NCBI RefSeq assembly: GCF_963921235.1
Contig: NC_086098.1
Coordinates: forward strand, 7,440,001 to 7,504,000
Origin: Mobula hypostoma
Lineage: Eukaryota
DNA: 64,000 nucleotides
Direction: 5' to 3'
Both the position numbers and the translations under genes were made by a program. The notes beneath the pieces are model-generated. The model worked only from the letters and a program-made list of their open reading frames with translations, was not told the DNA's origin and made no database searches. This document shows, piece after piece, positions 36,105-48,998 of this stretch. Positions within the stretch are counted from its first letter, which is position 1. Each line of letters begins with the position of its first letter.

Positions 36105-38930
36105 CGTAGACTATAAAACCGTAAGATATAGGAGCAGAAGTAGGCCATTCGGCCCATCGAGTCTGCTCTACCATTCTGTCATGGGCTGATCCAATTCTTC
36201 CAGTCATCCCCACTCCCCTGCCTTCTCCCCAAACCCTTTGATGCCCTGGCTAATCAAGAACCTATCTATCTCTGCCTTAAATACACCCAATGACTTGGCC
36301 TCCACAGCCACTCGTGGCAACAAAATTCCACAGATTTACCACCCTCTGACTAAAGTAATTTCTCTGCATCTCTGTTTTAAATGGACATCCTTCAATCCTA
36401 AAATTGTGCCCTCTTGTCCTAGAATCCCCTACTAGAGGTAATAGGAGGTTGCCTCTCTTACCGGAGGCCTGTGACTAGTGGCGTGCCCGCAGGGATGGGT
36501 GCTGGGTCCTTGATTGTTTGTCATCTATATCAATGATCTAGATAATAATGTGGTTAACTGGATCAGCAGATTTACGGATGACACCAAGATTCGGTGTGCA
36601 GTGGACAATGAGGAAGGCTATCATGGCTTGCAGAGGGATCTACATCAGCTGAAAAAATGGGCTGAAAGATGGCAGGTGGAATTTAATGCAGAAAAGTGTG
36701 AGGTTTTGCACTTTGGTAGAACCAGCCAGGTTAGGTATTACACAGAGAATGGTAGGGCACTGAAGAGTGTGGTAGAATAAAAGGGTCTGGAAATACAAGT
36801 GCATAATTCATTGGAAGTGGTGACACAGGTAGATGGGTTCATAAAGTTAGTTTTTGACACATTGGCCTTCATAAATCAATGTCTAGAGTACAGAAGATGG
36901 AATGTTATGTTGAGATTGGATAAGATGTTGGTGAGGCTAATTTGGAGTATTGTGTGCAGTTTCAGTTACCTACCCACAGGAAAGATGTAGACAAGATTCA
37001 AAGAGCGCAGAGAAAATTTACAAGGATGTTGCCAGAACTGAGTTATAAGGAAAGATTGAATAAGTTAGGACTGTATTCTTTCAAACGGAGAAGATTGAGA
37101 GGAGATATTATAGAGGTATACAGGACAACATTATGAGAAGTATAGATAGGGTAAATGCAGGAAGCCTTTTTCTACCAAGGTTGGATGGGATGACAACTAG
37201 CGGTTATGGGTTAAGGGTGAAAGGTGAAAAGTTTAAGGGGAACATGAGGGGAAACTTCTTCACTCAGCCAGTCATGAGAGTGTGGATTGAGCTACCAGTA
37301 CATGTGGTCCATGCGAGCTCGATTTCAATGTTTAAGAGAAGTTTGGGTAGATACATAGATAGTGGAGGTTCAATGAGAGTAGGCAGTTTAAATGGTCTCA
37401 GCATGGACTAGAAGGGCCAAAGGGCCTGTTTCTGTGCTGTACTTCTCTATGACTCTATGGGAAATAACTTTGCCATATCTAATCTGTTCAGGTCTTGTAA
37501 CATTCAGATTGCGTCTATGAGATTCCCCACTCCTTCTCCTGAACTCCAGGGAATACAGCCCAAGAGCTGCCAGACATTCCTCATACGGTAACCCTTTCAT
37601 TCCTGGAATCATTCTTGTGACTTTTCTCTGAACCCTCTCCAATGTCAGTGTATCCTTTCTAAAATAAGGAGCCCAAAACTGTACACAATACTCCAAGCGT
37701 GGTCTCACAAGTGCCTTATAGACCCTCAACATTACATCCTTCCTTTTATATTCTGTACCTCTAGAAAGCATTCGCCTTCTTCACAACTGACTCAACCCGG
37801 AGGTTAAACTTCAGGGTATCTTACACAAGGACTCCCAAGTACCTTTGCATCTCTGCATTTTAAATTCTCTCCCCATTTAAATAATAGACTGCCAGTTTAT
37901 TTCTTCCACCAAAGTGCATGACAATACACTTTCCAACATTGTATATCATTTGTCACTTCTTTGCCCATTCCCCTGAACTATCTAAGTCTCTCTGTTTCCT
38001 CATCACTACTCGCTCCTCCACCTATCTTTGTATTATCGGCAAATTTAGCCACAAATCCATTAATATCGTAGTCCAAATCATGATATACATCGTAAAAAGC
38101 AGCATCCCAACACCGAACCCTGTGGAACGCTACTGGTAACCAGCAGCCATCCAGAATAGGATCCCTTTGTTTTCTGCCGATCAGCCAATGCTCCACCCAT
38201 GTTAGTAACTCCCCTGTAATTCTGTGGCCTCTTATCTTGCTAAGCAGCCTCATGGGCAACACCTTGCCAAAGGCCTTCTGAAAATCCAAGTACACCATGT
38301 CTACTGCATCTCCTTTGTTTACCTCAAATTACCTTAATTTCCTCAAAGAATTGCAGTAGGTTTGCCAAGCAGGATTTTCCTTTCAGGAAATCATGCTGGC
38401 TTTGGCCTATCTTGTCATGTGCCTTCAGGTACTCCATAATCTCATCCCTAACAATCTTTTCCAGCAACTTCCCAACCACTGATGTCAGGCTAACAGGTCT
38501 ATAGTTTCCTTTCTGCTGCCTCCCACCCTTCTTAAATAGCGGAGAAACATTTGCAATTTTCCAGTCATCCAATACAATGCCAGAATCTATTGATTCTTGA
38601 AAGATCATTGTTAATGCCTCCGCAATCTCTCCAGCTACTTTCTTCCAAGGGTGCATTCCATCAGGTCCAGGAGATTTATCCACCCTCAGACCATTAAGCT
38701 CCCTGAGCACCTTCTCAGTCGTAATTTTCACTGCACAAACTTCACTTCCCTGTCACCCTTGAGTATCCAGTATACTGCAGATGTCTTCCACTGTGAAGAC
38801 TGATGCAATATATGCATTGAGTTCCACTGCCATCTCTGCATCTCTCATTATAATAACTCCAGCGTCATTTTGTATTGGTCCTATATCTACCCTCGACTCT
38901 CTTTCACCCTTTATATACTTAAAAAAGCTT
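36105..38930 (-). mobile_element. Degraded CR1 ORF2 (36105-36432 and 37460-38930), split by an opposite-strand CR1
   Basis: ORFs give KSPGPDGMHP...NYRPVSLTS, VYLDFQKAF, KFADNTK and LVRPRLEYCVQFWAP. Confidence 0.9.
36445..37459 (+). mobile_element. CR1 RT-to-tail fragment
   Basis: FVIYINDLD...FTDDTK and EYCVQF, with tail ctctatgactctatg. Confidence 0.9.
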
Positions 38931-39557
38931 ACATTGAACTTGTTATAGTTATTATTCTTTGATAATAAAATTCACTTTGAACTTTAAACTTTGAAATCCA
39001 TTAGGAATGGAAGAATGTAAGATGTAGAAATGAGGTGATTTACACCAGTTTGGTGTGGCAACAATGACTCGTACAAATTTCTGTAGCTGTACAGTGGAAA
39101 GGACAGGATTGGAAGGGACTGCAGATGGTTGTGGATACAGCCAACTCTATCACAGGCACAACCCTCCCCACCATCAAGCACAGCTTCAAGAGGCACAAGA
39201 GAGACTGGAGATAGACGCTGAAAATCTTGAGGAACACAGCAGGTCAGACAGCATCTGCGAAGGGGAATGAACAGCTGACATTTTGGGCTAAGATCCTTCA
39301 TCACTGCTGAGTTGATCCAACATTTTCTCCGTGATCTTCAAAAGATGGTACATTAAGGTGTCTTCCATTATTAAAGATTGGACATGCCCTTTCGTCATTG
39401 TATCTCTTTGGGAAGGGGGTACGGGAGCCCAGCAACCCATACTCAATGTTTTAAGAACTGCTTCTTCCCTTCCACCATTAGGTTTCTCGCTGTCCCATGA
39501 ACACTACCTCATGATTTATCTTTTGCACTACTTATTCAGCCTGTAACCTACAGTAAT

Positions 39558-39795
39558 TGGGCAGCATGGTAACGTAATGCTATTGTAACTCCAGAGACCT
39601 GGGCTCAGTTTCTGCCACTGCCCGTAAGGAGCTTGTACGTGCTCTCTGTACCCCGCCTGAACTTCCTCTGGGCCCTCTGCTTTCCTCCTGCATTCCAAAG
39701 GCATATAGGTTAGAAGGTTAAATGGTCACATGGATGTAATCATATGGCGTGGGCTCGTTGGGCTGGAAGGGACAGTCACTATGCAGTGTCTCTAA
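39558..39795 (+). mobile_element. V-SINE inserted in a Rex/Babar 3' remnant (about 39060-39890)
   Basis: gggcagcatggta head and gtaaggagcttgtacgtgctctc. Confidence 0.6.
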
Positions 39796-41039
39796 AAATG
39801 AAGAAGTAAAATAATTTCCATGACTTCCTATACTACTGCTATGAAACTACATATTTCACAGCATTGTCAGCGATAATAAAGCTGATTCTGAGAAGCAGAT
39901 CAGACCACACACACGCCTGTTCACCTTTCAATGAGATAATTGCTAATCCACAAATCTACTTTGCAAACTGATTCCTCCTCACCTCTGATCACCATTTTCC
40001 CTGCTTAGCACTTAAACAGTGGATTTCCGCATTGATCTCCCAAGGAACCATTAAAAATCTTAACAAAACCCTAAAATGAAATAATTGCCTTGGGACTCCT
40101 CTAACATGAAATTGCTTGCAGTAAGTTTTTTATTGGTATATCGGAGACTGTGTGTGAATTGCTCGACGCGTAGTTAAAATTTCAACATGCTCTGAATTAC
40201 ATCTCTGGATTCCACGTTTTCAGGGCTTTTACGAGATTTTAAGCTGTCTGCCACCTTCATGTATCCACAGGCCCTGGGGGTTAAAATCAGAGAGGCACCG
40301 AGCACAGTGAATTCTGTCCAGAAATCATTTTATCCTTCAGCCTCTCAGCCTGTACCTTTTCTACTGGGTGGTCAGATTATGTTGCAAACTGCTGTCTCAA
40401 TGGAAGCTTTAAAAAAGGAACTAAACTAACCCAGGTCATCAGTAAACGAGGAAAGAGACCAGCTTGGGAAATGTACAGTATACTCATAAGGAACACAAAG
40501 ATGATACTGTATAAAGCGCTTGATTCAATTTATATCAAGGAAAATACATATTTATCATAAAAATGAAGAGGTTTCTGCACCTTTTGTAGAATATAAAATA
40601 CTTCTTTTGCAAGAAGCGGAATGCCTAAAGTTGTAAAAATTTGGCAGTAGAACTCTGCATTTGACCAACTGCCCAATAACTCCCCTTAAACACATGGTGC
40701 ACAGTTAATTTTTGTCTCTGTGCCTTTTTAGAAGTAGGAATGAAATTACTGAATATTCATTATAGATTCAACATGAATAATCAGGAAATGAGGCTGTTTT
40801 ATCCTTACTTAGAAATGAACATTGACATTTGCAGAAAAAAACTTCTCTACTGAGCTTTGTATTTTGGAAAAAATATCTTATTTTGAGATGTCAATGCAAA
40901 AAAAATGTTATGTGCAGAAGATGATAGGAGGCATGGGATGAGTAAACAGCTAGAGACTTTATCCCAGGGTGGAAATGACTAATACAAGTAGGCATAATCT
41001 AAAGGTAGTCAGAAGAGAAGTACAAAACTGTACGGAAGT

Positions 41040-41570
41040 GTATACAGCTCGGGTGCCTAAGAGTTTTGCACAGTACCGTAGTAATTTTATGTATTGCATT
41101 ATACTGCTACTTGCAAAAAAAAAGCAAATTTCAAGCCATATGTGAGTGATGATAAATCTGATTCTAATATGGGTTTTTGTTGTGGACTGAGAGTGGGAAG
41201 GGGGCAGGGGAAGGGGAATCATGGTTGGGAAAAGGGAAAGGGAGAGGGGAGGGAGAGGGGAAGCACCAGAGAGACATTCTGTAATGATCAATAAACCAAT
41301 TAAACCAATTGATTCCAAACCAATTGTTTGTAATCAAATGACCTTGCCTGGTGTCTTAGGGCTGAAGGTGACTGCACCTGCATCTCTCTCTGCCCCTGAT
41401 ACCCCTGGGCCTCCTGTCCCATACCCCTCTCGCGGTGCTCCACCTCGCCATTCCCAACATCCTTTGCTCCTGCCAGATTTACAAACTTGCTCTCCACTCC
41501 ACATTGGCAAATATATCACCGTGCAAAAGTCTAGTTATTACTATGTGCCAAAGACTTTTGCACAATGCCG
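41040..41570. mobile_element. Composite MITE copy B (inverted relative to A and C), inside a CR1 tail
   Basis: gtgcctaagagttttgcacagta and aagacttttgcaca terminal-repeat motifs, plus the shared body. Confidence 0.7.
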
Positions 41571-42034
41571 TAAAGGGTGAATCTCAGAGATAAGCTTTTT
41601 GCAGATGGGTGCTTGGAATGTACTCCCAGAGAAATTGAGACAGGCAGATACATTAGGCACATTTAAGAAACTGTTAGGTAAGCACATGATTGATAGAAAA
41701 ATGGAGTGCTATGTAGGAGAGAAGGGTTAAATTGATCTCAGAGTGGGTTAAATTGATCTTAGAGTGGGTTAAAACATCATGTTCTGAAGAGTTTGTACTG
41801 TGCTGTATTCTGCTATGTTGCATGTTAACAGAAATTCATTTGAATCAGTTCTTTGATATTTACTTGGAATTGGAAAGTGGCATTTAGTGTCATTAATTAG
41901 GACAGACTACTTCAAAGCAGCGGAGGTGGAGTAATTTGGCAGTAACTTAGAGAAACAGAACAGAGCCTGATAGCCTTTGCAGAAACCCTCCTGTGAGAAG
42001 TATTTTATTGAGTGTAATAAAGGCACATATTACG

Positions 42035-42177
42035 GGTGGCTACGGGGATCAGGGGGTATGGAGGGAAGGCTGGGGTGGGGTTCTGAGTTGGATGATCAGC
42101 CATGATCATAATAAATGGCGGTGCAGGCTCGAAGGGCCGAATGGCCTACTCCTGCACCTATTTTCTATGTTTCTATA
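42035..42177 (+). mobile_element. Very short young CR1 tail
   Basis: Nearly identical to 62363-62502. Confidence 0.9.
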
Positions 42178-42199
42178 TTCAATATCATCAGTGGTGTTG

Positions 42200-42942
42200 T
42201 TATGTCACAGCAACAACCTGGCACTAAAGAGCTGATTGTGGACTTCAGAAAGGGTAAGGTGAAGGAACATAAACAATTCCTCATAGAGGGATCAGAAGTA
42301 GAAAGAGTGAGCTGTTTTGAGTGAGCAGTTTCGAGTGAGCAGCTTCGAGCTTCTGGGAGTCAATACTTCTATAAAGAAAGCACGAGAAGGGCTATCTTTA
42401 ATTTAGTGTTTGACAAGATTTCGTATGTCACATAAAACATGAAAAATTCTACAGATGTACTGTGGGGAGCATTCTGATTGGCTGCGTCACCATTCCACAT
42501 AGAGGGGAGGGGCTACTGCACAGGACAGAAATAAGCTGCAGAAAATTGTAAACTTAGTCAGCTCCATCATTGGCACTTGCCTCCAGGACAACTTCAAGGA
42601 GCAATGCTTCAAAAAGGCGGTGTCCATCATTAAGGACCCCCACCACCCGGGGTACCATCAAGGAAGAGGTACAGAAGCCTGAAGGCACACACTTAATTAT
42701 TCGGGAACAGCTTCTTCCCCTCTGCCATCTGATTTCTGAATGGACATTGAACCCTTGGACACTACCTCAGTACTTTTTTATTTCTATTTTTGTACTACTT
42801 ATTTAGTCTAACTATTTAAAAAATATATATATACTTACTATATTTCAGTTTTTTCCTCTACTATTATGTGTGGCATTGTTCTGCTGCCACAAATTAAATG
42901 AATTTTACAACATATGTCAGTGATATTAAACCTGATTCTGAT
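42200..42942 (+). mobile_element. Rex1/Babar-type 3' fragment
   Basis: TKELIVDFRK and SIIKDPHHPG remnants, with an aaacctgattctgat tail. Confidence 0.75.
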
Positions 42943-43044
42943 GAACCTTTTTTACCTCTGTAACACTAGAGCATAAAATTTTAAGAAGAAGCATTGGAGT
43001 ATTTAAAATATAAGGAAAATATTGTTAAATTTTTTTTTCAACCA

Positions 43045-43540
43045 TAGCAACACACACAAGATGCTGGAGGAACTCGGCAGGTCAGGCAGCATCTATAGAA
43101 ATGCATAAACAGTCAACATTTCAGGCCAAAACCCCTCATCAGGACTGGAAAGGAAGGGGTAAAAACAGAATAAAAAGGTGGGGAGAAGAAGGAAGTTAGC
43201 TGGAAGGTGATGGGTGAAGCCATGGGGTGGGAAAGGTAAAGGGCTGGAGAGGAAGGTATCTGATTGGAGATGAGAGTGGAACATGGGAGAAAGGGAAGGA
43301 GGAGGGGGCCCAGGGAGTATTATAGGCAGGTAAGAATGGGGCATAGAGAAACGGGGTGAAATTTGTTCACTGGAAGGAGAAACCAGATTTCATGCCATCA
43401 GGTTGGAGGCTACCCAGATAGAATATAAAGTGTTTCTCCTTCACCTAAGGGTGGCCTCATCTTGGCACAAAAAGAGACGACATATTGGAATGGGAATGAA
43501 CTAAAATGTTTGGCCACTGGAAATTCCTGCTTATGGCCGT
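43045..43540 (-). mobile_element. Penelope-like 3' fragment
   Basis: Minus-strand cagtcCTGATGAggggttttggcctGAAAtgttgactg at about 43110-43147 and an LGSLQPDGM remnant. Confidence 0.8.
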
Positions 43541-43554
43541 AGTAAATTACAACA

Positions 43555-44231
43555 AGTGGCCACCTTATTAGGTACACCTGTCCATTAATGCAAATATCTA
43601 ATCAGCTAATCATGTGGCAGCAACTCAATGCATGATCCAGAGATTCCCTTACCTTCTCCACCTTCTTATTCTGACCTGATCTTTTTTACCAGTCCTGAAG
43701 AGGGGTCTCGGCCTGAAGTGTGGACTGTACTCTTTTTCACAGATGCTGCCTGACCTGCTGAGTTCTTCCACACTTTGTGCGTGTTGCTTCAATTTCCAGC
43801 ATCTGCAGATTTTCTTGTGTTTGAGGTTCAGGTGTTATTCAGCCCAAACATCAGAAAGGGAAGAAATGTCATTTAAGTGACTTTGATCGTAGAATGATTG
43901 TTGGTGCCAGACAGGGTGGTTTGAGTATCTCAGAAACTGCTGATCGCCTGGTAGTTTTATGCACAGCACTCTCTGGAGTTCTTACAGAGAATGGTGTGAA
44001 AAAGAAAAAGAGTAGTAGTTCTGTGGATGGGAATGGCTTGTTAATGAGAGAGGTCAGAGGAGAATGACCAGACTGGTTTAAGCTAATAGGAAGGTGACAG
44101 TAACTTAGATAACCACACAATACAACAGTGGTGTGCAGGAGAGCTCACATTAAACCTTAAAGTGGATGGGCTACAGCAACAGATGAACACACTAGGTTCC
44201 ACCCCATACCTAATAAAGTGGCCATTGAGTG
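43555..44231 (+). mobile_element. Tc1-derived non-autonomous element with a Penelope-like terminus inserted at about 43640-43823
   Basis: Inverted ends agtggccaccttattaggta and tacctaataaagtggccatt. HTH remnant LSDFDRRMIVGARQGGLSISETAD. Confidence 0.8.
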
Positions 44232-45237
44232 AATGTTGCGTAAAACTTTGATAAAAAGCTCCAGACTTGTCTCCATGTTTAGTCACTTTGGTTAATGTGG
44301 GGTGGGTGAGCCAATACACTTTCTGTTTTTAATGAAATAACCTCAAGCAGAAACAACAGCAAAGAGCCAACTTTAACACATTCGATCATTAAATTCTGCA
44401 GATGGGCTCCAAGAGGGCAGAAATAGCACATGAGAAAGAGACCGAACTGGGAAGCAATCCAGTTTCAGTAATAATTAATTTGGGGGTCTGCATCAATAAT
44501 TATGTAAATGTGTTGCCTGGTGTGCTGCAAATGACTAGACAGTCAGGCCCTCCGGTTGTTCTGCAGACTGTGTTAAACTTGCCAATCTCAACTTGGGTGA
44601 GGATAGGAACTCTGCAATTGGTTCCAATGTTAATGTGGTCTGGAGAAAGAGAAAATAAACCAAGGTTCCCATTTTGTATTCAAGATTCAAGATTAAATTC
44701 AATTCAATTCAGGTATAGTTATCATTCAACCATACATGAATACAGCCAAGAAAAAACTGTATTACTCGGGAGCCAAGGTGAAAAATGCAGTACCAACAGT
44801 CACACAGCACAAAGCACATGTACCACATACAAGATAGCAAGCACATAAAGATAACAGTAAGTTACAGCCATGCAATATAAAGTCGACCACAATACAACTT
44901 GCCTTCTACCAAGTGAACACTGGGGCAGCACTGACTCCAGCCTGGATGCTGTGCCACACTGCCCCCCGGTGTCCTGGCAGCAGTAAGCAGGTGACACTGC
45001 AGCTTGAGGCCTAGTCCTTGCACATATAAGATCAGCAAAATACAACCACACACATAAAAAGTACTTTACTTTCCAAACCCTGAGTCCATGAATGCTGCAG
45101 ATTGTTTAATGTCATTTCCAGTACACAAATGTAAAGAGAACAAAATAATTATTACTACAGCACCAAAAAACACGAAAAGAACACAATAATAATTTTAAAA
45201 ACACAATAAATATGAATATATAATATCATCATGATCA

Positions 45238-45715
45238 CGATGCTGAGGATGTTCTACGAGTCTGTGGTGGCCAGTGCTATCATGTTTGCTGTTGTGTGCT
45301 GGGGCAGCAGGCTGAGGGTAGCAGACACCACTGGGGATGGAACTGGACTCTCTGACAGTGGTGTCTGAAACGAGGATGCTATCCAAGTTGCATGCCATCT
45401 TGGACAATGTCTCCCATCCACTACATAACGTACTGATTGGGCACAGGAGTACATTCAGCCAGAGACTCATTCCACCGAGATGCAACACTGAGCGTCATAG
45501 GAAGTCATTCCTGCCTGTGGCCATCAAACTTTACAACTCCTCCCTTGGAGGGTCAGACACCCTGAGGCAATAGGCTGGTCCTAGACTTATTTCCTGGCAT
45601 AATTTACATATTACTATTTAATTATTTAAGGTTTTATTACTATTTAATTATTTATGGTACCACTGTAACGAAAACCACTTTCCCCCGGGATCAATAAAGT
45701 ATGACTATAACTATG
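45238..45715 (+). mobile_element. Rex1/Babar 3' fragment
   Basis: ORF 45337-45573 gives ILDNVSHPLH...SFLPVAIKLYN, with an (actatg)-type tail. Confidence 0.85.
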
Positions 45716-46899
45716 AGTAAGTTAGCTTATATATGTAGATTGACTGTTTATCCATAAAGTGAAACCAGGCACTGGAGTGTCCGTACATAAGGTGACTCTG
45801 ACAGGAAGTGATAAGGTAGTGGTGGTTGGGGGTGAGGAGGGGTGGGTTAGTGGGTGGAGGTGCTGATTGGTCTGATGCTTGGGGAAAGTAACTTGTTTTG
45901 AGTTTGGTGATTCTGCTGTGGATGCTACGTAGCCTCGTCCTTGATGGAAAAGGGATAAACAGTCCACGATCATGATGAGTTCATGATGATATTAGCCTTT
46001 TTCTGGCACCTTTCTGTATATGTGTCCTTGATGAATGTAGGCTGGTGCCGGGGATGCAATGGGGAGCTTTGACTATCCGTTGCAGAGCCTTCCTGTCCAC
46101 TGCAGTGCGGTCTCCGTACCAAGCAGTGGTGCAGCTTGTCAGAATGCTCTCCACTGCACATCTATAGAATGACCGGAGTATAGATGTGCAAAGTCCAGCT
46201 CTCTTTCAGCCTCCTCAGCAAGTAGAGGCATTTGTGAGCTTTCCCCACTGTGTAGCAATCTTCTTGTAAACATACCTGTGGAAACTGGGTGAGAATTGGA
46301 TCGAGTAAAACTGTGAGATCCCTTGATGGATGAACCTATCAACATGACTGTGGTTCACAAATGGAAAAATAATTACCTGTGCAGAATTCAGATAATTTTT
46401 TACAGGATGTACTCTGCTGAATTGCTCTACAGTTTCTAAATGTGGCTGTACACTTAGCATTGTCTCACAGTTGACCTTAGTGGCTACATTTTGTCAGTTT
46501 AAACTGCAATTTATATGCAGCCTGGGGGAAAAGACTTTAGTGTGAACTTTCTTTGATTTAATATAATGAAACATCCTGAATAATATCATGCATGGAAGTG
46601 AAAAGCTCACCTACTAATTCTATCACTGGAATAGAATTTCACAGTATTACATATATTTAAAATATATTGGCGTATAATTGACCTCATGACAGAGGTCAAT
46701 TATACAAATATAATCCCACTGTTTTCTGCCGTGAGGTCAATTATACATCAACATATGCAAATATAATGATGCATAATATACCTCATAGCAAAGAATAGAG
46801 GGATTAATATTAGTCTCACGGCTACTTATATGTATTTAGATATGCTGATTCTAAATAAATCGCAATGCACATGGAAGTCCAACTGGAGAGTTAATTTAA

Positions 46900-47530
46900 A
46901 AAAATTTATTGACATGCAACGTGGAACAGGCCTTTCCAGGCCTTCGAGCCACGCCGCCCTGCAATCCCCTGGTTATTAACCCTGGCCTAATCACGGAACA
47001 ATTTACAATGATCAATTAACCTAACAGCCAGTATGCCTTTGGAATGCAGGAGGAAACTGGAGCACCCGCAGGAAACCCACGTGGTCATGGGGAGAGCGTA
47101 CAAACTCCTTGCAGGCAGCAGTGGGAATCGACCAGTCACTGGTACTGTAAAGCCATGTGCTAACCACCATGCTAAGACCATAAGACCATTAGAATTAGGC
47201 CATTCAGCCCATCGATTCAGCTCCACCATTTGATCATGACTGATACATTTTCCTTCTCAACCCCAATCTCTTCCCTTCTACTCCTAACCTTTGACACTCT
47301 TACTAATCAAGAACCTAAAAACCTCTGCTTTAAATATACTCAATAACTCCCACAGCTAAACGTGGCAATGAATTCCACAGATTCACCACCTCTGGCTAAA
47401 GAAATTCCCGTTTATCTCTGTTCCAAATGGACGCTCCTCTATTCTGAGTTGTGCCCCCTGGTCCTAGACTTCCCCACTATAGGAAATATCCTCTGCATGT
47501 CCACTCTATCTAGGCCTTTCAATATTCAGG
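46900..47530 (-). mobile_element. V-SINE (about 46900-47172) adjoining a CR1 3' fragment (about 47173-47530)
   Basis: ggaggaaactggagcacccgcaggaaacccac is the V-domain reverse complement. The CR1 tail reads aagaccataagacc. Confidence 0.8.
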
Positions 47531-47672
47531 AGATAGATAGATAGATAGATAAACTTTATTAATCCTGAGGGAAATTTGGTTTCCTTAAAATATATCTATC
47601 TATCTCCTGAATATTGAAAGGCCTAGATAGAGTGGACATGCAGAGGCCTTTCAATATTCAAGAGATAGATAG
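47490..47672. repeat. Perfect 54-bp inverted repeat plus a third direct partial copy
   Basis: 47490-47543 is the exact reverse complement of 47593-47646, and 47644-47672 repeats 47512-47540 with one mismatch. Confidence 0.95.
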
Positions 47673-47899
47673 GTAGATGGATATACTTTAACGAAACCAG
47701 ATTTCAGTGAGATTAAGGAGAACAACCTATAATCAAAAGTGATAAAACAATAGCCATCAATACAAGTTATAAAAAAACTTCAAATTATTTTGAATGTACT
47801 GACATAGAGGTATGTTTTGAAATTATTAGGAAAGCTGTATCAACAAAATAGCACTTATAAGTTTATAGAGTAACATTTATTTGTCACTGTTAGATACGT

Positions 47900-48647
47900 G
47901 GATTCAATGGATCCATTTAATATCAGAGATTGTAAACAGTATACAACTTGAAATTCTTACTCTTTGCAGACATCCATGAAAAGCCCCAAAGAGTGAATGA
48001 CAGAAAACATTAGAAACCCAAAGTCCCCCTTCCCCCTCCCACGCACAAACAGCAACAAAGGCATCGATCCTTCCCTTCCACCCCCCACTTGTTTCAGCAA
48101 AAGCATCAGCCTCCACCAGCCACCATACAAGCAAAGCCCCTGGAGGCGCCGATCAAAAGTCCGTCAAAAAAACCCACTGTCCATCCAAACACTTTGACAT
48201 CCCACAGGCTCTCTCTCTCTCTCTCTGACTGGCGAGAGAGAAAGAGATATGGCTCCTGCCGTAAGGAGAGAGGAGGCCTCCAGCTCGCTGTTTCGCTGCT
48301 GCCGTCCTCAGCGCCGCTCATTTTAACAGCAGTGAACACTGTTGTTCCGAACTTCCACGACACCTCAGTCAGCACCACTGGCCAGGAATCGGGTTGTCCT
48401 CAGGGCCGCAGGGTCGCACCCCGAAGGTCCACATCTTCCAGGCTGCTCCTGAAGATATCGAAGATGCTAGGTGGCTCGGTAAGCTCCAGGAGAGGGAACC
48501 CTCTGCCGTGGAAAACTTTGGGTTGAGTGCAGCTGTAGATCACAGACCCCAACAGGACCCCAGACACCTTGAAAAGGACAGAATAGATAATAAATTAAAC
48601 TGTTTCGCGAATGTACTGGAGGAAGTCACCCTCTGCTGCCATCTTTA
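47900..48647 (-). repeat. Family B, probably near full length
   Basis: The minus strand begins aaagatggcagcag. The 3' part is homologous to 15868-16870. Confidence 0.65.
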
Positions 48648-48998
48648 GCTCCTTCGTTTATGACCAAAGAAGAAAGAGTTTGGAGACGCTTAGCACTTTA
48701 GTGGAGGGGTGTTTATTAAGTGCATTAAAAATGAAACTTACAAAAAGTAACGAAAATTGTGAAAAGAAAACTGCAAATATTTACCAAAGATATCTACTAG
48801 ACAACACAGATATTAGGTCCGTACTATTTTTGTCTAGTGAAAACTCCTGGCAGCCCCTATCGTTCTCTCCCACTGAGGCTGAAGGACTCCTTTTTACTTG
48901 GCACTAGGACATTTCATCTTTAATTATCATCAAATTAACTTAAGATTACACATGAATCACAATCCGATGCACCCCACAATGTAGCTAAAATCATATGA

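Noticed and set aside
41724..42350. Short tandem repeats (21 bp x2 at 41724; 14 bp x3 near 42305) as CRISPR-like arrays
   Set aside because: No spacers and no cas genes; these are local slippage duplications inside LINE remnants.
44402..44848. 148-aa ORF following a possible splice acceptor
   Set aside because: No recognisable homology, and the 3' part runs into a repeat tail.
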